Assembly: GCA_963832165.1 (NCBI GenBank)
Contig: CAWHTE010000007.1
Location: 800,001-864,000, forward strand
Length of the DNA stretch: 64,000 bases
From: an uncultured delta proteobacterium
GTDB lineage: Bacteria > Myxococcota_A > UBA9160 > SMWR01
Reading direction: 5' to 3'
A program made the position numbers and the translations under genes. How positions within the stretch are numbered: position 1 is the first letter of the stretch; the number at the start of each line of letters is the position of its first letter. Below the pieces are notes generated by a model. The model was not told the origin of the DNA, searched no databases, and worked only from the letters and a program-made list of their open reading frames with translations. Of this stretch, positions 1-9,460 are shown piece by piece.

Positions 1-8
1 GGCACGTC

Positions 9-29
9 AACTGGATTTGAATCCAGTTC
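9..29. repeat. AT-rich palindrome AACTGGATT-TG-AATCCAGTT (copy 1)
   Basis: Perfect 9-bp arms; exact reverse complement of 14209..14229. Confidence 0.8.
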
Positions 30-49
30 CCCTGCACATTCCCCATGAC

Positions 50-430
50 ATGACCCGCGAAGAGGCGAACAAGGCGGTGCTGCGTCGCTGGTACGACGAG
101 ATGTGGGCGCACTGCGCGTTCGATCTGGTTCCCGAGATCGCGGGGCCCACCTACACGCGCCACGACTTCGGCGGCACGCGCACGGTCACGGCGGAGCAGT
201 ATCGCGATCAGCTCGCGGCGACTGTCAAAGACTGGAAGATCTCCGACTTCCACTACTTCCTGATGGCCGAGGGCGAATTCGTCACCGCGATCGGCACGTG
301 GCTCGTGAACGACAGCCTGCGGTGGGACTGGGTGCAGACGTTCCGGATCGCAAACGGCAAGATCGTCGAGACCTGGCTGCCCGCGATGGCGACGGAGGGG
401 AAGTGGTCGGAGGCGGATATTCCCGGCTGA
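50..430 (+). CDS. SnoaL-like / ester cyclase (NTF2-fold) protein
   Basis: MTREEANKAVLRRWYDEMW...FRIANGKIVETW pattern typical of SnoaL-like proteins; ATG at 50 preferred over TTG at 17. Confidence 0.7.
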   Translation: MTREEANKAVLRRWYDEMWAHCAFDLVPEIAGPTYTRHDFGGTRTVTAEQYRDQLAATVKDWKISDFHYFLMAEGEFVTAIGTWLVNDSLRWDWVQTFRIANGKIVETWLPAMATEGKWSEADIPG

Positions 431-432
431 CC

Positions 433-461
433 GGCGGGATCGCTTCGCTCTCCCGCCCTAC
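433..461 (-). repeat. GTAG-type REP-like palindromic repeat (copy 1)
   Basis: Minus strand reads GTAGGGCGGGAGAGCGAAGCGATCCCGCC, identical to 39240..39268. Confidence 0.8.
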
Positions 462-883
462 GAGATCTCCCATAGCGTTTCGTAGTTCGCGATCGGCCGC
501 TCGAAGCGGACGCCGTCCCGGGTGAACTGCTCGGCGAGCGCCTGCATGGGCGCGAGGATCTGCATCTGCTGCGCGTGCGCGAGGGAATCCCAGACGCTCA
601 CGTTCACCATGCTGCTCGACTCGCGGTCGATCGCGGCGAAGTAGTGAAGGCAGCCGGGGAGGTAACGGATCGCCGGAACGAGCGTCTTCTGCGCCTCGTC
701 GAGGCGGTCCCTCACGGCCTCGTACCTCTCGGGCGGGAACGATCCTCGTGAGATGCGCACGATCGGCGGCGAGGAAGGCGTCGTCTGGCCGCGAGCCGCG
801 GGTGCAATTCCCGCAGCGAGCAGAGCCGCGAGCAATCCCCGCACGACTTCGCGGCGGCTGGTGCTCGGTGCGGATTCGGCCAT
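458..883 (-). CDS. ABM-like (dimeric alpha-beta barrel) protein with a Tat-like leader
   Basis: SRREVVRGLL..AARG leader; LPGCLHYFAAID..VSVWDSL pattern. Confidence 0.6.
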   Translation of the reverse strand: MAESAPSTSRREVVRGLLAALLAAGIAPAARGQTTPSSPPIVRISRGSFPPERYEAVRDRLDEAQKTLVPAIRYLPGCLHYFAAIDRESSSMVNVSVWDSLAHAQQMQILAPMQALAEQFTRDGVRFERPIANYETLWEIS

Positions 884-893
884 TGCAGCCCTC

Positions 894-3800
894 CTACTCG
901 AACGCCGCCAGCGCCTCGCGCAGCCGCTGCCGATAGTTCTCGACGCGCGGGACCTTGATCCCTTCGTAACCGCGCACGAGGTCGGGCAGCTCTGCGAGCT
1001 TCACGGCCGCATCGAGGCTGGACGCGTCGAGCCGCGCGAGCACGCGGTCGATCGCCGCGACGTACTCGCCGGGCAGCTCGCGCTCGAGTCGTCGCACATG
1101 CGCGTAGCCGAACGGGTCGAACGGAGTGCCGCGCACGAACTTGCCCTTCGCGAGCAGGCGCACCGCGGGCCCCGCCCAGCTCGGGATCGCGATCTTGTGC
1201 GTGAGACCCATCGCGCGAAGGATCGGCGGGTGCAGCTTCCACGCGATCCGCCCGTTCCGTCCCGCGACCTCGCGCGCGGCGGCAAGGCCGTCGGCGTCGG
1301 TCATGAGCCGCGCGACCTCGTACTCGTCCTTGTACGCGGTGAGCTTGAACAGGCTCGCGGCGACGGCCGCGAGCAGGCGCGTGCTCTCGGGGTCCACTCC
1401 GCGCTCGGCATGGCTCACGCGCTCGAGCGCATCGAGCCACCCGCGCGCCGTGCGGACGCTCTGCCACGCGCACAGCTCCGCGGCATAGCGCGTGAGCTCG
1501 GCCTGCAGCGCGGGCGGAGCGCCGAGCGCCGCGATCCGCGCCGCGATCGCCTCGGGCACCACGTGTGCCGAGGCCACGACCTGCACGTCGTCGCCGAGGT
1601 CGACGCGGCGCGCCGCCGCAACCGCCTGCGGCGCCGCGATCTGCGCGCGGCCCCAGCGGAACGCGGCGATGTTCGCCTCGACGGCCGTGCCGTTGAGGGC
1701 GAGCGCTTCCTCGAGGTGCGCGGCGCTGATCGGCAGGCAGCCGGCCTGATGCGCCATGCCCACCACGAAGAAGTTCGCCGTGGTCGCGCGGCCGAACAGA
1801 TCCTCGGTGATCGCGAATGCATCCGCCCAGTGCTGCGCATCGGCGCGCGTGACGGCCGCGATGCGGCGCGTTAGGTCGCCCGGCGACGGGAGCCGCACGC
1901 CCGGGTGCGTGATCATCTCGCCGGTCGGCGTCGGCGACGTCGAGCCCACCACCGCGGTACGCGCGGGATCCGCCGTGAGCATGCCCTTCTCGGACGCCGC
2001 GACGAGCTGATCGAACGCGAGCAGCAGATCCGCCTGGGCCTCGCCGAGCCGATTGGTCGCGGTCGGCGCAGAGCGCGACAGACGCAGGTCGCTCACGACG
2101 GGGCCCGCCTTCTGCGACAGGCCGATCTGGTCGAGGCCGCGCACGTGGTAGCCGTCGAGCATCGCAGCGGTGCCGAGCACCTGCGCCACCGTCACCACGC
2201 CCGTGCCGCCGATGCCCGTGATCCGCATCGCGAACTCGTCTTCGGAAACGATCGGCGCGGGCTCGGGCAGATTCGCGGGCGGCTCGGGCAGCACCTCGCG
2301 CACCGCCGCGCTCTCGTCCTTGCGAGCTCGTCGAGTGCGCTTCGGAGTGATCGTCATGAACGAGGGGCAATCGCCCTCGAGGCACGAGAAATCGAGATTG
2401 CACGTCGTCTGATCGATCGTCGTCTTGCGCCCGAACGGCGTGTCGATCGGCTGCACCGAGAGGCAGTTGGAAACCTCGCCGCAGTGGCCGCAGCCCTCGC
2501 AGATGCGGTGGTTGATCACGACGCGCTGCTGCGGCGTCGGGATCTTCCCGCGCTTGCGCAGGCGGCGCGCTTCCGCGGCGCAGCCCTGGTCGTGGATCAG
2601 CACGGTCACGCCCGGGATCTGCGCGAGCAGCTCTTGTGCCTCGAGCAGGCGCGTGCGCTCCCAGACCTCGACGCTGCTCGGCAGCGCCGCGTCGCGGTAG
2701 CGCTCGACGTCTTCGGTGGTGATCAGCACGCGCGCGACGCCTTGCGTGTGCAGGATGCGCGCGACCTCGGGCACCGCGAGCTGGCCCTGCGGATGCTGCC
2801 CGCCCGTCATCGCGACCGTGCCGTTGTAGAGCAGCTTGAACGTGATGTTCACCTTCGCCGCGACCGCGGCCTGGATCGCGAGCTGCCCCGAGTGGAAGTA
2901 GGTGCCGTCGCCGAGGTTCTGCACGAAGTGCTTGCGCGCGACGAAGTCGGCCATGCCGATCCACTGCGTGCCCTCGTTGCCCATGCACGCGACGCCCGTG
3001 ACGCTGCCGATGCGCTCGGGATCCATCAGCATCACCATCGTGTGGCAGCCGATCCCCGCGCCCACGAGCGAGCCCTCGGGCACCTCGGTGCTGCGGTTGT
3101 GCGGGCAGCCCGAGCAGAAGAACGGCGTGCGCTGCACCGAGAGCGCTGCGACCGCGTGCCCGGCGGGAGCCTGCTCGGGCGCCAGCTTCACGCCGACGCG
3201 CGCCTCGATCCGTCGGCGCAGGATCGGCACCAGGATGTCCGCGTCGAGCGCGCCGTGGCCCGGCACGAGCTGCTCGCCGACCTCGTCCATCTTGCCGACC
3301 ACGATCGGCCGATCGGCGAGCCCGTAGAGCGCGTCCTTGATCAGCGCTTCGATGTTGGGCTGCTTCTCCTCGATCACGAACACCTCGCGCAGCCCGCGCG
3401 CGAAGTTCCGGATCGTGCCCGCATCGAACGGCAGCGGCATCCCCATCTTGAGCACGCGGATGCCGCACGCTCGGATCTCGTCGTCGCTCTTGATCCCGAG
3501 GCGCGCGAACGCCTCGCGCACCTCGCGGTAGGTGATGCCCGAGGCGACGATCCCGATCGTCGCGTTGGGCGTCTCCACCGCGACCGCGTTCAGCGCGTTG
3601 TCGACCGCGTACTGGCGCGCGAGCTCGTAGCGCACCTCGTAGATCTCGCGCTCGCGCTCCACGCTGAAGGGCGCGAGCAGGATTGCGTCGGGGCGATGGC
3701 GGTAGAGCTGGCCTTCGACCTGCGGCATCACGGGCACGATCCGCTCCGGGTGCAGGTGCACGGTGGCCGTGGCGTCCGCGACGTCGGCCACGATCTTGAG

Positions 3801-4397
3801 CGCCGACCACAGTCCCGTCACGCGCGACATCGCGATCGCGTGGCGGCCGAGGTCGAGCGCCTCCGCGGGATCCCCCGGATAGAGCACGGGCATGTGCATG
3901 TCGGAGAGCGCGCCCGCGGACGACGAGGGAAGTGTGGAGCTCTTCGCGGCCGGATCGTCGCCCACGATCGCCACCGCGCCGCCGTGCATCGAGGTGCCGG
4001 CATAGACCGCGTGGCGCAGCGCGTCGGTGGCGCGATCGACGCCGGGCGCCTTGCCGTACCAGATCCCGATGACGCCGTCGTAGAGGCAGTCGGGCTGCGC
4101 GGCCGCGATCTGCGAGCCCATCACCGCACTCGCCGCATACTCCTCGTTCATCGCGGGGCGGCAGACGACCGGGAGATCGGGTGCCAGCCTGGCGGCCGAT
4201 GCGACGGTCACGTCGTAGCCGCCCAGCGGCGAGCCGGGATAGCCCGAGATGAACGCCGCCGTGTTCAGGCCCGCGCGCCGATCCGCGCGCAGCTGCTCGA
4301 GCGGAAGGCGGGCGAGCGCCTGGATCCCGGTCAGGAAGACCGTTCCGGAATCCGCGAGATATCGGTCGACGAGCCGATACGGCTCTGCCCGCGGCAT
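894..4397 (-). CDS. Indolepyruvate:ferredoxin oxidoreductase family protein (fused alpha/beta)
   Basis: FLTGIQAL, SGYPGSPLGG, RTPFFCSGCPHN, GDGTYFHSG, CEGCGHC, GIGGTGVVT, YKDEYEVAR motifs. Confidence 0.95.
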   Translation of the reverse strand: MPRAEPYRLVDRYLADSGTVFLTGIQALARLPLEQLRADRRAGLNTAAFISGYPGSPLGGYDVTVASAARLAPDLPVVCRPAMNEEYAASAVMGSQIAAAQPDCLYDGVIGIWYGKAPGVDRATDALRHAVYAGTSMHGGAVAIVGDDPAAKSSTLPSSSAGALSDMHMPVLYPGDPAEALDLGRHAIAMSRVTGLWSALKIVADVADATATVHLHPERIVPVMPQVEGQLYRHRPDAILLAPFSVEREREIYEVRYELARQYAVDNALNAVAVETPNATIGIVASGITYREVREAFARLGIKSDDEIRACGIRVLKMGMPLPFDAGTIRNFARGLREVFVIEEKQPNIEALIKDALYGLADRPIVVGKMDEVGEQLVPGHGALDADILVPILRRRIEARVGVKLAPEQAPAGHAVAALSVQRTPFFCSGCPHNRSTEVPEGSLVGAGIGCHTMVMLMDPERIGSVTGVACMGNEGTQWIGMADFVARKHFVQNLGDGTYFHSGQLAIQAAVAAKVNITFKLLYNGTVAMTGGQHPQGQLAVPEVARILHTQGVARVLITTEDVERYRDAALPSSVEVWERTRLLEAQELLAQIPGVTVLIHDQGCAAEARRLRKRGKIPTPQQRVVINHRICEGCGHCGEVSNCLSVQPIDTPFGRKTTIDQTTCNLDFSCLEGDCPSFMTITPKRTRRARKDESAAVREVLPEPPANLPEPAPIVSEDEFAMRITGIGGTGVVTVAQVLGTAAMLDGYHVRGLDQIGLSQKAGPVVSDLRLSRSAPTATNRLGEAQADLLLAFDQLVAASEKGMLTADPARTAVVGSTSPTPTGEMITHPGVRLPSPGDLTRRIAAVTRADAQHWADAFAITEDLFGRATTANFFVVGMAHQAGCLPISAAHLEEALALNGTAVEANIAAFRWGRAQIAAPQAVAAARRVDLGDDVQVVASAHVVPEAIAARIAALGAPPALQAELTRYAAELCAWQSVRTARGWLDALERVSHAERGVDPESTRLLAAVAASLFKLTAYKDEYEVARLMTDADGLAAAREVAGRNGRIAWKLHPPILRAMGLTHKIAIPSWAGPAVRLLAKGKFVRGTPFDPFGYAHVRRLERELPGEYVAAIDRVLARLDASSLDAAVKLAELPDLVRGYEGIKVPRVENYRQRLREALAAFE

Positions 4398-4450
4398 GGC
4401 AAAGACCCCCGTTGCATTACGATAGCTGACGACGGTGGTAGGCTGCGCGG

Positions 4451-5242
4451 ATGCGCTGGATCCTTCCGCTCGCGGTCGCGCTCGCCGCTGCCGCTTCGGC
4501 GGAGGAGCAGAGCGCGAGCCCGCAGGCGGTTCTCGAGGCCGCGTTCGCGAACCGCTTCGAGGTGGACATGATCTCCGAGATGGAGATCGTGGTGCGCGAT
4601 CGCGGCGGGAGCGAGCAGCGCCGCCTGGTGCAGGCCGTCTCGAAGCGCATCGACGGCCGGTCCAACTCGATCGGCCGCGTGCTCGAGCCCGCGAGCCTGC
4701 GTGGGCTCACGGTGCTGATCTCGGAGGTGGCGGACGGTGGCCGCGACACATTCGTGTACCTGCCCGCACTGCTGCGCGCGCGCCGGATCGCCGGCGCGCA
4801 GCGGCTCGATGCGTTCCTGGGCAGCGACCTCACCTACGAGGACTTCGAGCGCCAGCGCGCCGCGGATTTCACGGTCGAGCCGCTGCCTCCCGAGGTCGTG
4901 GCGGGCGAGCCCTGCACGATGCTGCGCGCGCTGCCGCGCGACGAACGCGCCTACGCGTCGATGGTGGTCGCGGTGGCGCCCGATCACGCGATCCTCGAGT
5001 ACCGCTATTTCAAGCCCGAGGCCGCGACGCCCTATCGCGTGATCGAGACGCCGCGCGACCAGATGCACCGCGAGGGCGGGCATCTGCTGCCGACGCTGTT
5101 CGCGGTGCGCCACCTCGAGCGCGGCACGGCCACCGACCTCGTGCTGCGCAAGCTCGCGGTCAACCCGAAGATCGACGACCGCATCTTCTCCGTGCGCACG
5201 CTCGACCAGCAGCGGCCGCTGCCGCGGATCCGCGCACAGTAA
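4451..5242 (+). CDS. Outer-membrane lipoprotein-sorting (LolA-like) protein
   Basis: Signal peptide; YLPAL..RRI..FLGSDLTYEDF motif. Confidence 0.8.
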   Translation: MRWILPLAVALAAAASAEEQSASPQAVLEAAFANRFEVDMISEMEIVVRDRGGSEQRRLVQAVSKRIDGRSNSIGRVLEPASLRGLTVLISEVADGGRDTFVYLPALLRARRIAGAQRLDAFLGSDLTYEDFERQRAADFTVEPLPPEVVAGEPCTMLRALPRDERAYASMVVAVAPDHAILEYRYFKPEAATPYRVIETPRDQMHREGGHLLPTLFAVRHLERGTATDLVLRKLAVNPKIDDRIFSVRTLDQQRPLPRIRAQ

Positions 5243-5253
5243 GGGAGGTTTCC

Positions 5254-5739
5254 ATGCGTGAATTGCTCGAGCGTTTCGCCACGATGCCGCGAAAGACGTT
5301 CGCCCCTGGAGAGACGCTCGTGGTCGACGGGCAGCGATCGGGGTCGCTCTACGTCCTGATCGAGGGCACGCTCGAGGTGCAGAAGGGCGGTGTGCGCATC
5401 TCGACGATCAACGAACCGGGTGTGTGCATCGGGGAGGTCGGGCTTCTCCTCGACATCCCCGCGACGGCCACCGTGGTAGCCGCCACGCCGACGACCGTGC
5501 ACGTGGCCGAAGATGGCGCGGCAGTGTTGCGCACCGAGCCCGAGGTGACGGTGGCGGTCGCCCGGCTCCTCGCCGAGCGCCTCAACCTGGTCACGACGTT
5601 CCTCGCCGACCTCAAGCGTCAGTACGCCGGGGAGGGCGGATCGCTTGCGGTGGTGGACAAGGTGTTGGCCGGTCTCACCCAACGGACCGGGCCCGCTGCG
5701 AAGCCGGGATCGGCTCGCGAGCCCGACCCGCTGTATTGA
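5254..5739 (+). CDS. Cyclic nucleotide-binding domain protein
   Basis: GGAGG RBS; LYVLIEGTLEV..GEVGLLLDIPATATV cNMP-binding pattern. Confidence 0.85.
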   Translation: MRELLERFATMPRKTFAPGETLVVDGQRSGSLYVLIEGTLEVQKGGVRISTINEPGVCIGEVGLLLDIPATATVVAATPTTVHVAEDGAAVLRTEPEVTVAVARLLAERLNLVTTFLADLKRQYAGEGGSLAVVDKVLAGLTQRTGPAAKPGSAREPDPLY

Positions 5740-5752
5740 TCGGAGCGCAGGG

Positions 5753-6502
5753 TCAGAACGACGGGCGCTGGAGCACCAGGGGTTCGTCGAGCCGTTGCAC
5801 CTCCACGCCGAGCAGCGAGCGCCAGGTCGCCTCGTGCGTGTCGACGTCGATCTCGATGTGCGCGGGCACCGGGCCGATCTGTCGCCCGGCGTTGAAGACC
5901 CACGTCGAACCGATCCGATCCACCCATGAACCGTCCTCGCGAAACGGCGGGTTGTGCACGTGACCCGTCAACACCAGGTCGGGTTGGTACTCGATGATCC
6001 AGCTGCGCAGATCGGCGTCGCCGTAGTGCTTCTTTCCGGTCCAACAGGTCGGCGAGTCGCTCGGAGGCCAGTGATACACCCACACCCACGTTCCGGGCGG
6101 GCGCTGGCCGTCGCTTCGGAGCTGACCCGCGACGCGGGAATGACCGCGCGGGCCGTCCCACCACGGGCACACCGTCACGGTGGCGTCGTGCAGGGCCAGG
6201 ACGTCTCCGTCGACGCGGACCCCCAGCGCTCGCAGCGGTTCCAGCCACAGCGCGCATTGTTCACCGTCGGCGTCCGGACCGGTGAGATCGTGATTGCCCG
6301 AGGCGACCAGCAGCTTGTTCGGCTCGGCAACTCGCTCGAACACGGCATGCAGCACGGCGATCTGGGCATCCAGCGGCACCGACGATGCGATGTCGAGCTG
6401 GTCGCCGGCCAGCACCACGAGGTCGTAGTCCGGAATGCGGCCCAGTACCCAGTCGATCTGGGGAAGCACATAGTGCAGGTCCGAGACCAGCAGGATCCGC
6501 AC
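5753..6502 (-). CDS. Calcineurin-like metallophosphoesterase
   Basis: SDLH, AGDQLD, GNHD and GHVH motifs; GTG start after GGAGGAG. Confidence 0.9.
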   Translation of the reverse strand: MRILLVSDLHYVLPQIDWVLGRIPDYDLVVLAGDQLDIASSVPLDAQIAVLHAVFERVAEPNKLLVASGNHDLTGPDADGEQCALWLEPLRALGVRVDGDVLALHDATVTVCPWWDGPRGHSRVAGQLRSDGQRPPGTWVWVYHWPPSDSPTCWTGKKHYGDADLRSWIIEYQPDLVLTGHVHNPPFREDGSWVDRIGSTWVFNAGRQIGPVPAHIEIDVDTHEATWRSLLGVEVQRLDEPLVLQRPSF

Positions 6503-6534
6503 GCCGTCTCCTCCCACTTCGCCCTGACGGCTGA

Positions 6535-7089
6535 TCAGATCTCCAGCGGCGCGATGTCCGCGAGCGAGATCTTGCGCTGCGCGATGCCCGCGAACATGTC
6601 GACGCCCGAATACGTCTCCTCGCCCGTGAGCTTTCCTTCGGCCTGGTCCACCGGCCACACCACGCCCATGCGCGACTCGCCCACGTAGTAGGCGTTCGGA
6701 TCGTCCACCTCGATGCCCATCGCGCGCAACGTCGTACCCGGGTAGGCCATGCGCATCACGCCCTCGGTGAACACGGAATCCGCGTCGACGATCACGCGGT
6801 CGCACGCGAACTCGAGCCGGAACGCGCCCGTCTGGACGATCGTGAGATCGTAGAACTGCCGCACGGCGTCCTTGCTGCCGGTCGGGTTCAGGATCGGGTC
6901 GTTCGGCATCGAGTGGGTGACATAGCGCGGCCGTTGCGTGAGCGTCGCGACGACCCCCTCGATGTCGGCCTTCGCCTCGGCCTTCATGTGCGCGAGCACG
7001 AGCTCGAGGTTGCGGCGCAGCGTCGGGTCGCGTTCGTCGGCGAGTCGCTTCTCCACGAGCTTCCAGGTGCGGTTCGGATCGAGCTTCAT
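6535..7089 (-). CDS. NTF2/SnoaL-like domain protein
   Basis: HMKAE..DIEGVVATL..AVRQFY..GEETY pattern. Confidence 0.7.
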   Translation of the reverse strand: MKLDPNRTWKLVEKRLADERDPTLRRNLELVLAHMKAEAKADIEGVVATLTQRPRYVTHSMPNDPILNPTGSKDAVRQFYDLTIVQTGAFRLEFACDRVIVDADSVFTEGVMRMAYPGTTLRAMGIEVDDPNAYYVGESRMGVVWPVDQAEGKLTGEETYSGVDMFAGIAQRKISLADIAPLEI

Positions 7090-9458
7090 GACTTGTCTCC
7101 CTTCTTATGGTCTTCGTTCGCCTTCGGCTCACTGGGCGCAGCTTGCAACCAGGCCGGCTGTGTTCCGATGATTCCCTCGCGCTCCCAGCGCGCGAGCTCG
7201 TCCTCGGAGATGCCGAGCTCGCCTGCGAGCACCTCGCGGTTGTGCTGTCCGAGCGTAGGCGGCGGACGCCGCGGCCGCCCGTCGGCGAGGCCGACGTACG
7301 GAAGACCGGGATAGCGCGCGGCGCCCGTCACCGGATGCTCGAGCGTCTGGAAATAGCCGCGATGCTCGAGCTGGGGGTGCGGCATCACGAAGTGCGCGTT
7401 CACGAGCCGCTGCGCGGGAACTCCTTTGTCGAGCAGCTCCTGCTCGAGCATCGCGACGTCTCGGTTCGCGAGCGTGCGAGCGAGCGCGGCGTCGATCGCG
7501 TCGTGCTGCGCGCGCCGGTCGGTGAACTGCGCCAGCGAGCCCTCGGGCAGCAGCGAGATGACCGCGCGCCACTGCGCGTCGCTCTCCACCGCGATCGCGA
7601 TCCGCTCCCCGCCGCGGCAGGCGTAGACTCCTTGCGGCGCCGCGTCGGGACTGCGGTTCCCCTCGGAGCAGAGCAGCACGCCGTAGGCGCTGTGCTCGAT
7701 CACCTGCTCGGCGGCGATGTTCAACCCCGGCTCCACGAGCGGCACCTCGACGAGTTGACCGCGCCCCGTGCGGCGCCGGTGCTCGAGCGCAGCGAAGAGT
7801 CCGACGACGGCGTGCAGTCCTCCGACCGGATCGCACACGTTCGCAACCATCGGAAGATCGGGATACCCACCACGCCAGGCGATTCCGCACGCTTGCTCGA
7901 TGTTCATCGCGAAGCCCGTCCGGTCGCGCCACGGGCCGTCGAGTCCCCAGGCCGGCATGCGCACGACCACGAGCCGCGGGTTCCACGCCGACAGCGTCTC
8001 GAAGCCGAGGCCGAACTGCTCGAGCACGCGCGCGGAGTAGTTCTCGATCAGGACGTCCGCACGCTCGACGAGCGTGCGCAGCGCGGCGCGCGCCTCCTCG
8101 CCGTCGAGCCGCAGCGTGATGGCGCGTTTGTCCGTGTTGACACTCTGGAAGATCGAGCTCGCCTCCCACACGGGCAGCCCGGGCTTCGCGTTCACGAAGC
8201 GGATGCCGTCGGGTCGCTGGATCGATTCGATCTTGACCACCTCGGCGCCCAACATCGCGAGGGTCTGCGTTGCGAACGGGCCGGCCCAGAACGCGGTGAG
8301 GTCGACTACGCGCAGGCCCGCGAGCGGTGCTTCGGCGGTGGTGTTTGGCCCGTGTTCGCGCTCGTTTGCGCGCGGGAGCCAGCCCGGCGTGTGCTCCCCG
8401 AGCCGCGGCGCGCGTTCGATCGACGCGCGATCGACCTCCGCGAGCGCGATCGGCGGCCGCGGCTGCACGAAACCATGCGGGTTCTCGACGAACACGCCGC
8501 GCTCGGTGAAGTGATCGGTGCGCGGCAGCGTCTCGCCGTTGCCGACCGGCGCCGACGGGATCCGCAGCAGCTCCGTCTGCTCGAGGATCTCGGCGACCTT
8601 GCGCTGACGCGTCCAGTCGCGGATCACCTGGTGGAAGAATGGCAGGTTCGCCGAACGCTCCTGCGCCCAGCGCCAGCGCGGATCCTTGCCGATCTCCGGC
8701 CGGCCGATCATCAGGCAGAAATCTTCCCACTGCTGGCTGGTCACGGGCGCGAATCCGACCCAGCCGTCGGCCGCGGGCTCGACTCCCGGAGCGTCGAGAT
8801 ACATCGGGAGGTCTCCGCCGACGAACTGGCCGTTGAGATCGGAGAACACCGGGCCGACGGCGATCATCGCCTCGAAGATCGACACGTCGACGTGTCGGCC
8901 GCGTCCGGTGGCACGCGCGGCTGTCCACGCGCCGAGCGCCGCGACCGCTGCGAACGCGCCCGCGGCGTACTCGCCGAGCCGGCCTCCGGCGCCGACCGGC
9001 CCGCGCTCGGCCATCCCGCGGCGCGCGATCAATCCGGTCGCCGCCTGCAGCGTGAACTCGGTCGCTGGCCTCTCGGCGTAGGGGCCGGTCGTCCCCCACG
9101 GTGTGATCGAGACCACGCACAGGCGCGGGTTCGCCGCGCGGAGCTCTTCGGCACGGCTGTTCGCGAATACGATGTCCGCCTCGCGCGCGAGCTCGCGCAG
9201 GCGCGCGCGCGAGGTCTCGTCGGCGCCGCACAGCGCCGCGCGCTTGCCCGCGTTCAGGAACTGGAACAGCGCGGAATCCGTGTTTTCTGGAAGCTCGACA
9301 CGCGCGGCGGTGCGCCGCCGCAGCGGGTCGCCGGGCGCTTCCTCGATCTTGAGCACGTCGGCGCCCTGGTCGCACAGGAGCTTCGTCGCGTACGGCCCCG
9401 CGATCTCGGTCGAGAGATCGAGCACGCGCAGTGCCGAGAACGGGCGCTTCCCGGCCAT
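7086..9458 (-). CDS. Family III CoA-transferase (CaiB/BaiF), tandem double domain
   Basis: Two copies of the V(L/V)DL...AGP(Y/F)AT..L...GA(D/E)V.KIE N-terminal motif. Confidence 0.92.
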   Translation of the reverse strand: MAGKRPFSALRVLDLSTEIAGPYATKLLCDQGADVLKIEEAPGDPLRRRTAARVELPENTDSALFQFLNAGKRAALCGADETSRARLRELAREADIVFANSRAEELRAANPRLCVVSITPWGTTGPYAERPATEFTLQAATGLIARRGMAERGPVGAGGRLGEYAAGAFAAVAALGAWTAARATGRGRHVDVSIFEAMIAVGPVFSDLNGQFVGGDLPMYLDAPGVEPAADGWVGFAPVTSQQWEDFCLMIGRPEIGKDPRWRWAQERSANLPFFHQVIRDWTRQRKVAEILEQTELLRIPSAPVGNGETLPRTDHFTERGVFVENPHGFVQPRPPIALAEVDRASIERAPRLGEHTPGWLPRANEREHGPNTTAEAPLAGLRVVDLTAFWAGPFATQTLAMLGAEVVKIESIQRPDGIRFVNAKPGLPVWEASSIFQSVNTDKRAITLRLDGEEARAALRTLVERADVLIENYSARVLEQFGLGFETLSAWNPRLVVVRMPAWGLDGPWRDRTGFAMNIEQACGIAWRGGYPDLPMVANVCDPVGGLHAVVGLFAALEHRRRTGRGQLVEVPLVEPGLNIAAEQVIEHSAYGVLLCSEGNRSPDAAPQGVYACRGGERIAIAVESDAQWRAVISLLPEGSLAQFTDRRAQHDAIDAALARTLANRDVAMLEQELLDKGVPAQRLVNAHFVMPHPQLEHRGYFQTLEHPVTGAARYPGLPYVGLADGRPRRPPPTLGQHNREVLAGELGISEDELARWEREGIIGTQPAWLQAAPSEPKANEDHKKGDKS
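7112..7137 (-). repeat. Short dispersed repeat (GCGCAGCGAGCCGAAGGCGAGCGAAG family) inside the CoA-transferase 3' end
   Basis: 23/26 identical to 63391..63416. Confidence 0.6.
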
Positions 9459-9460
9459 CG

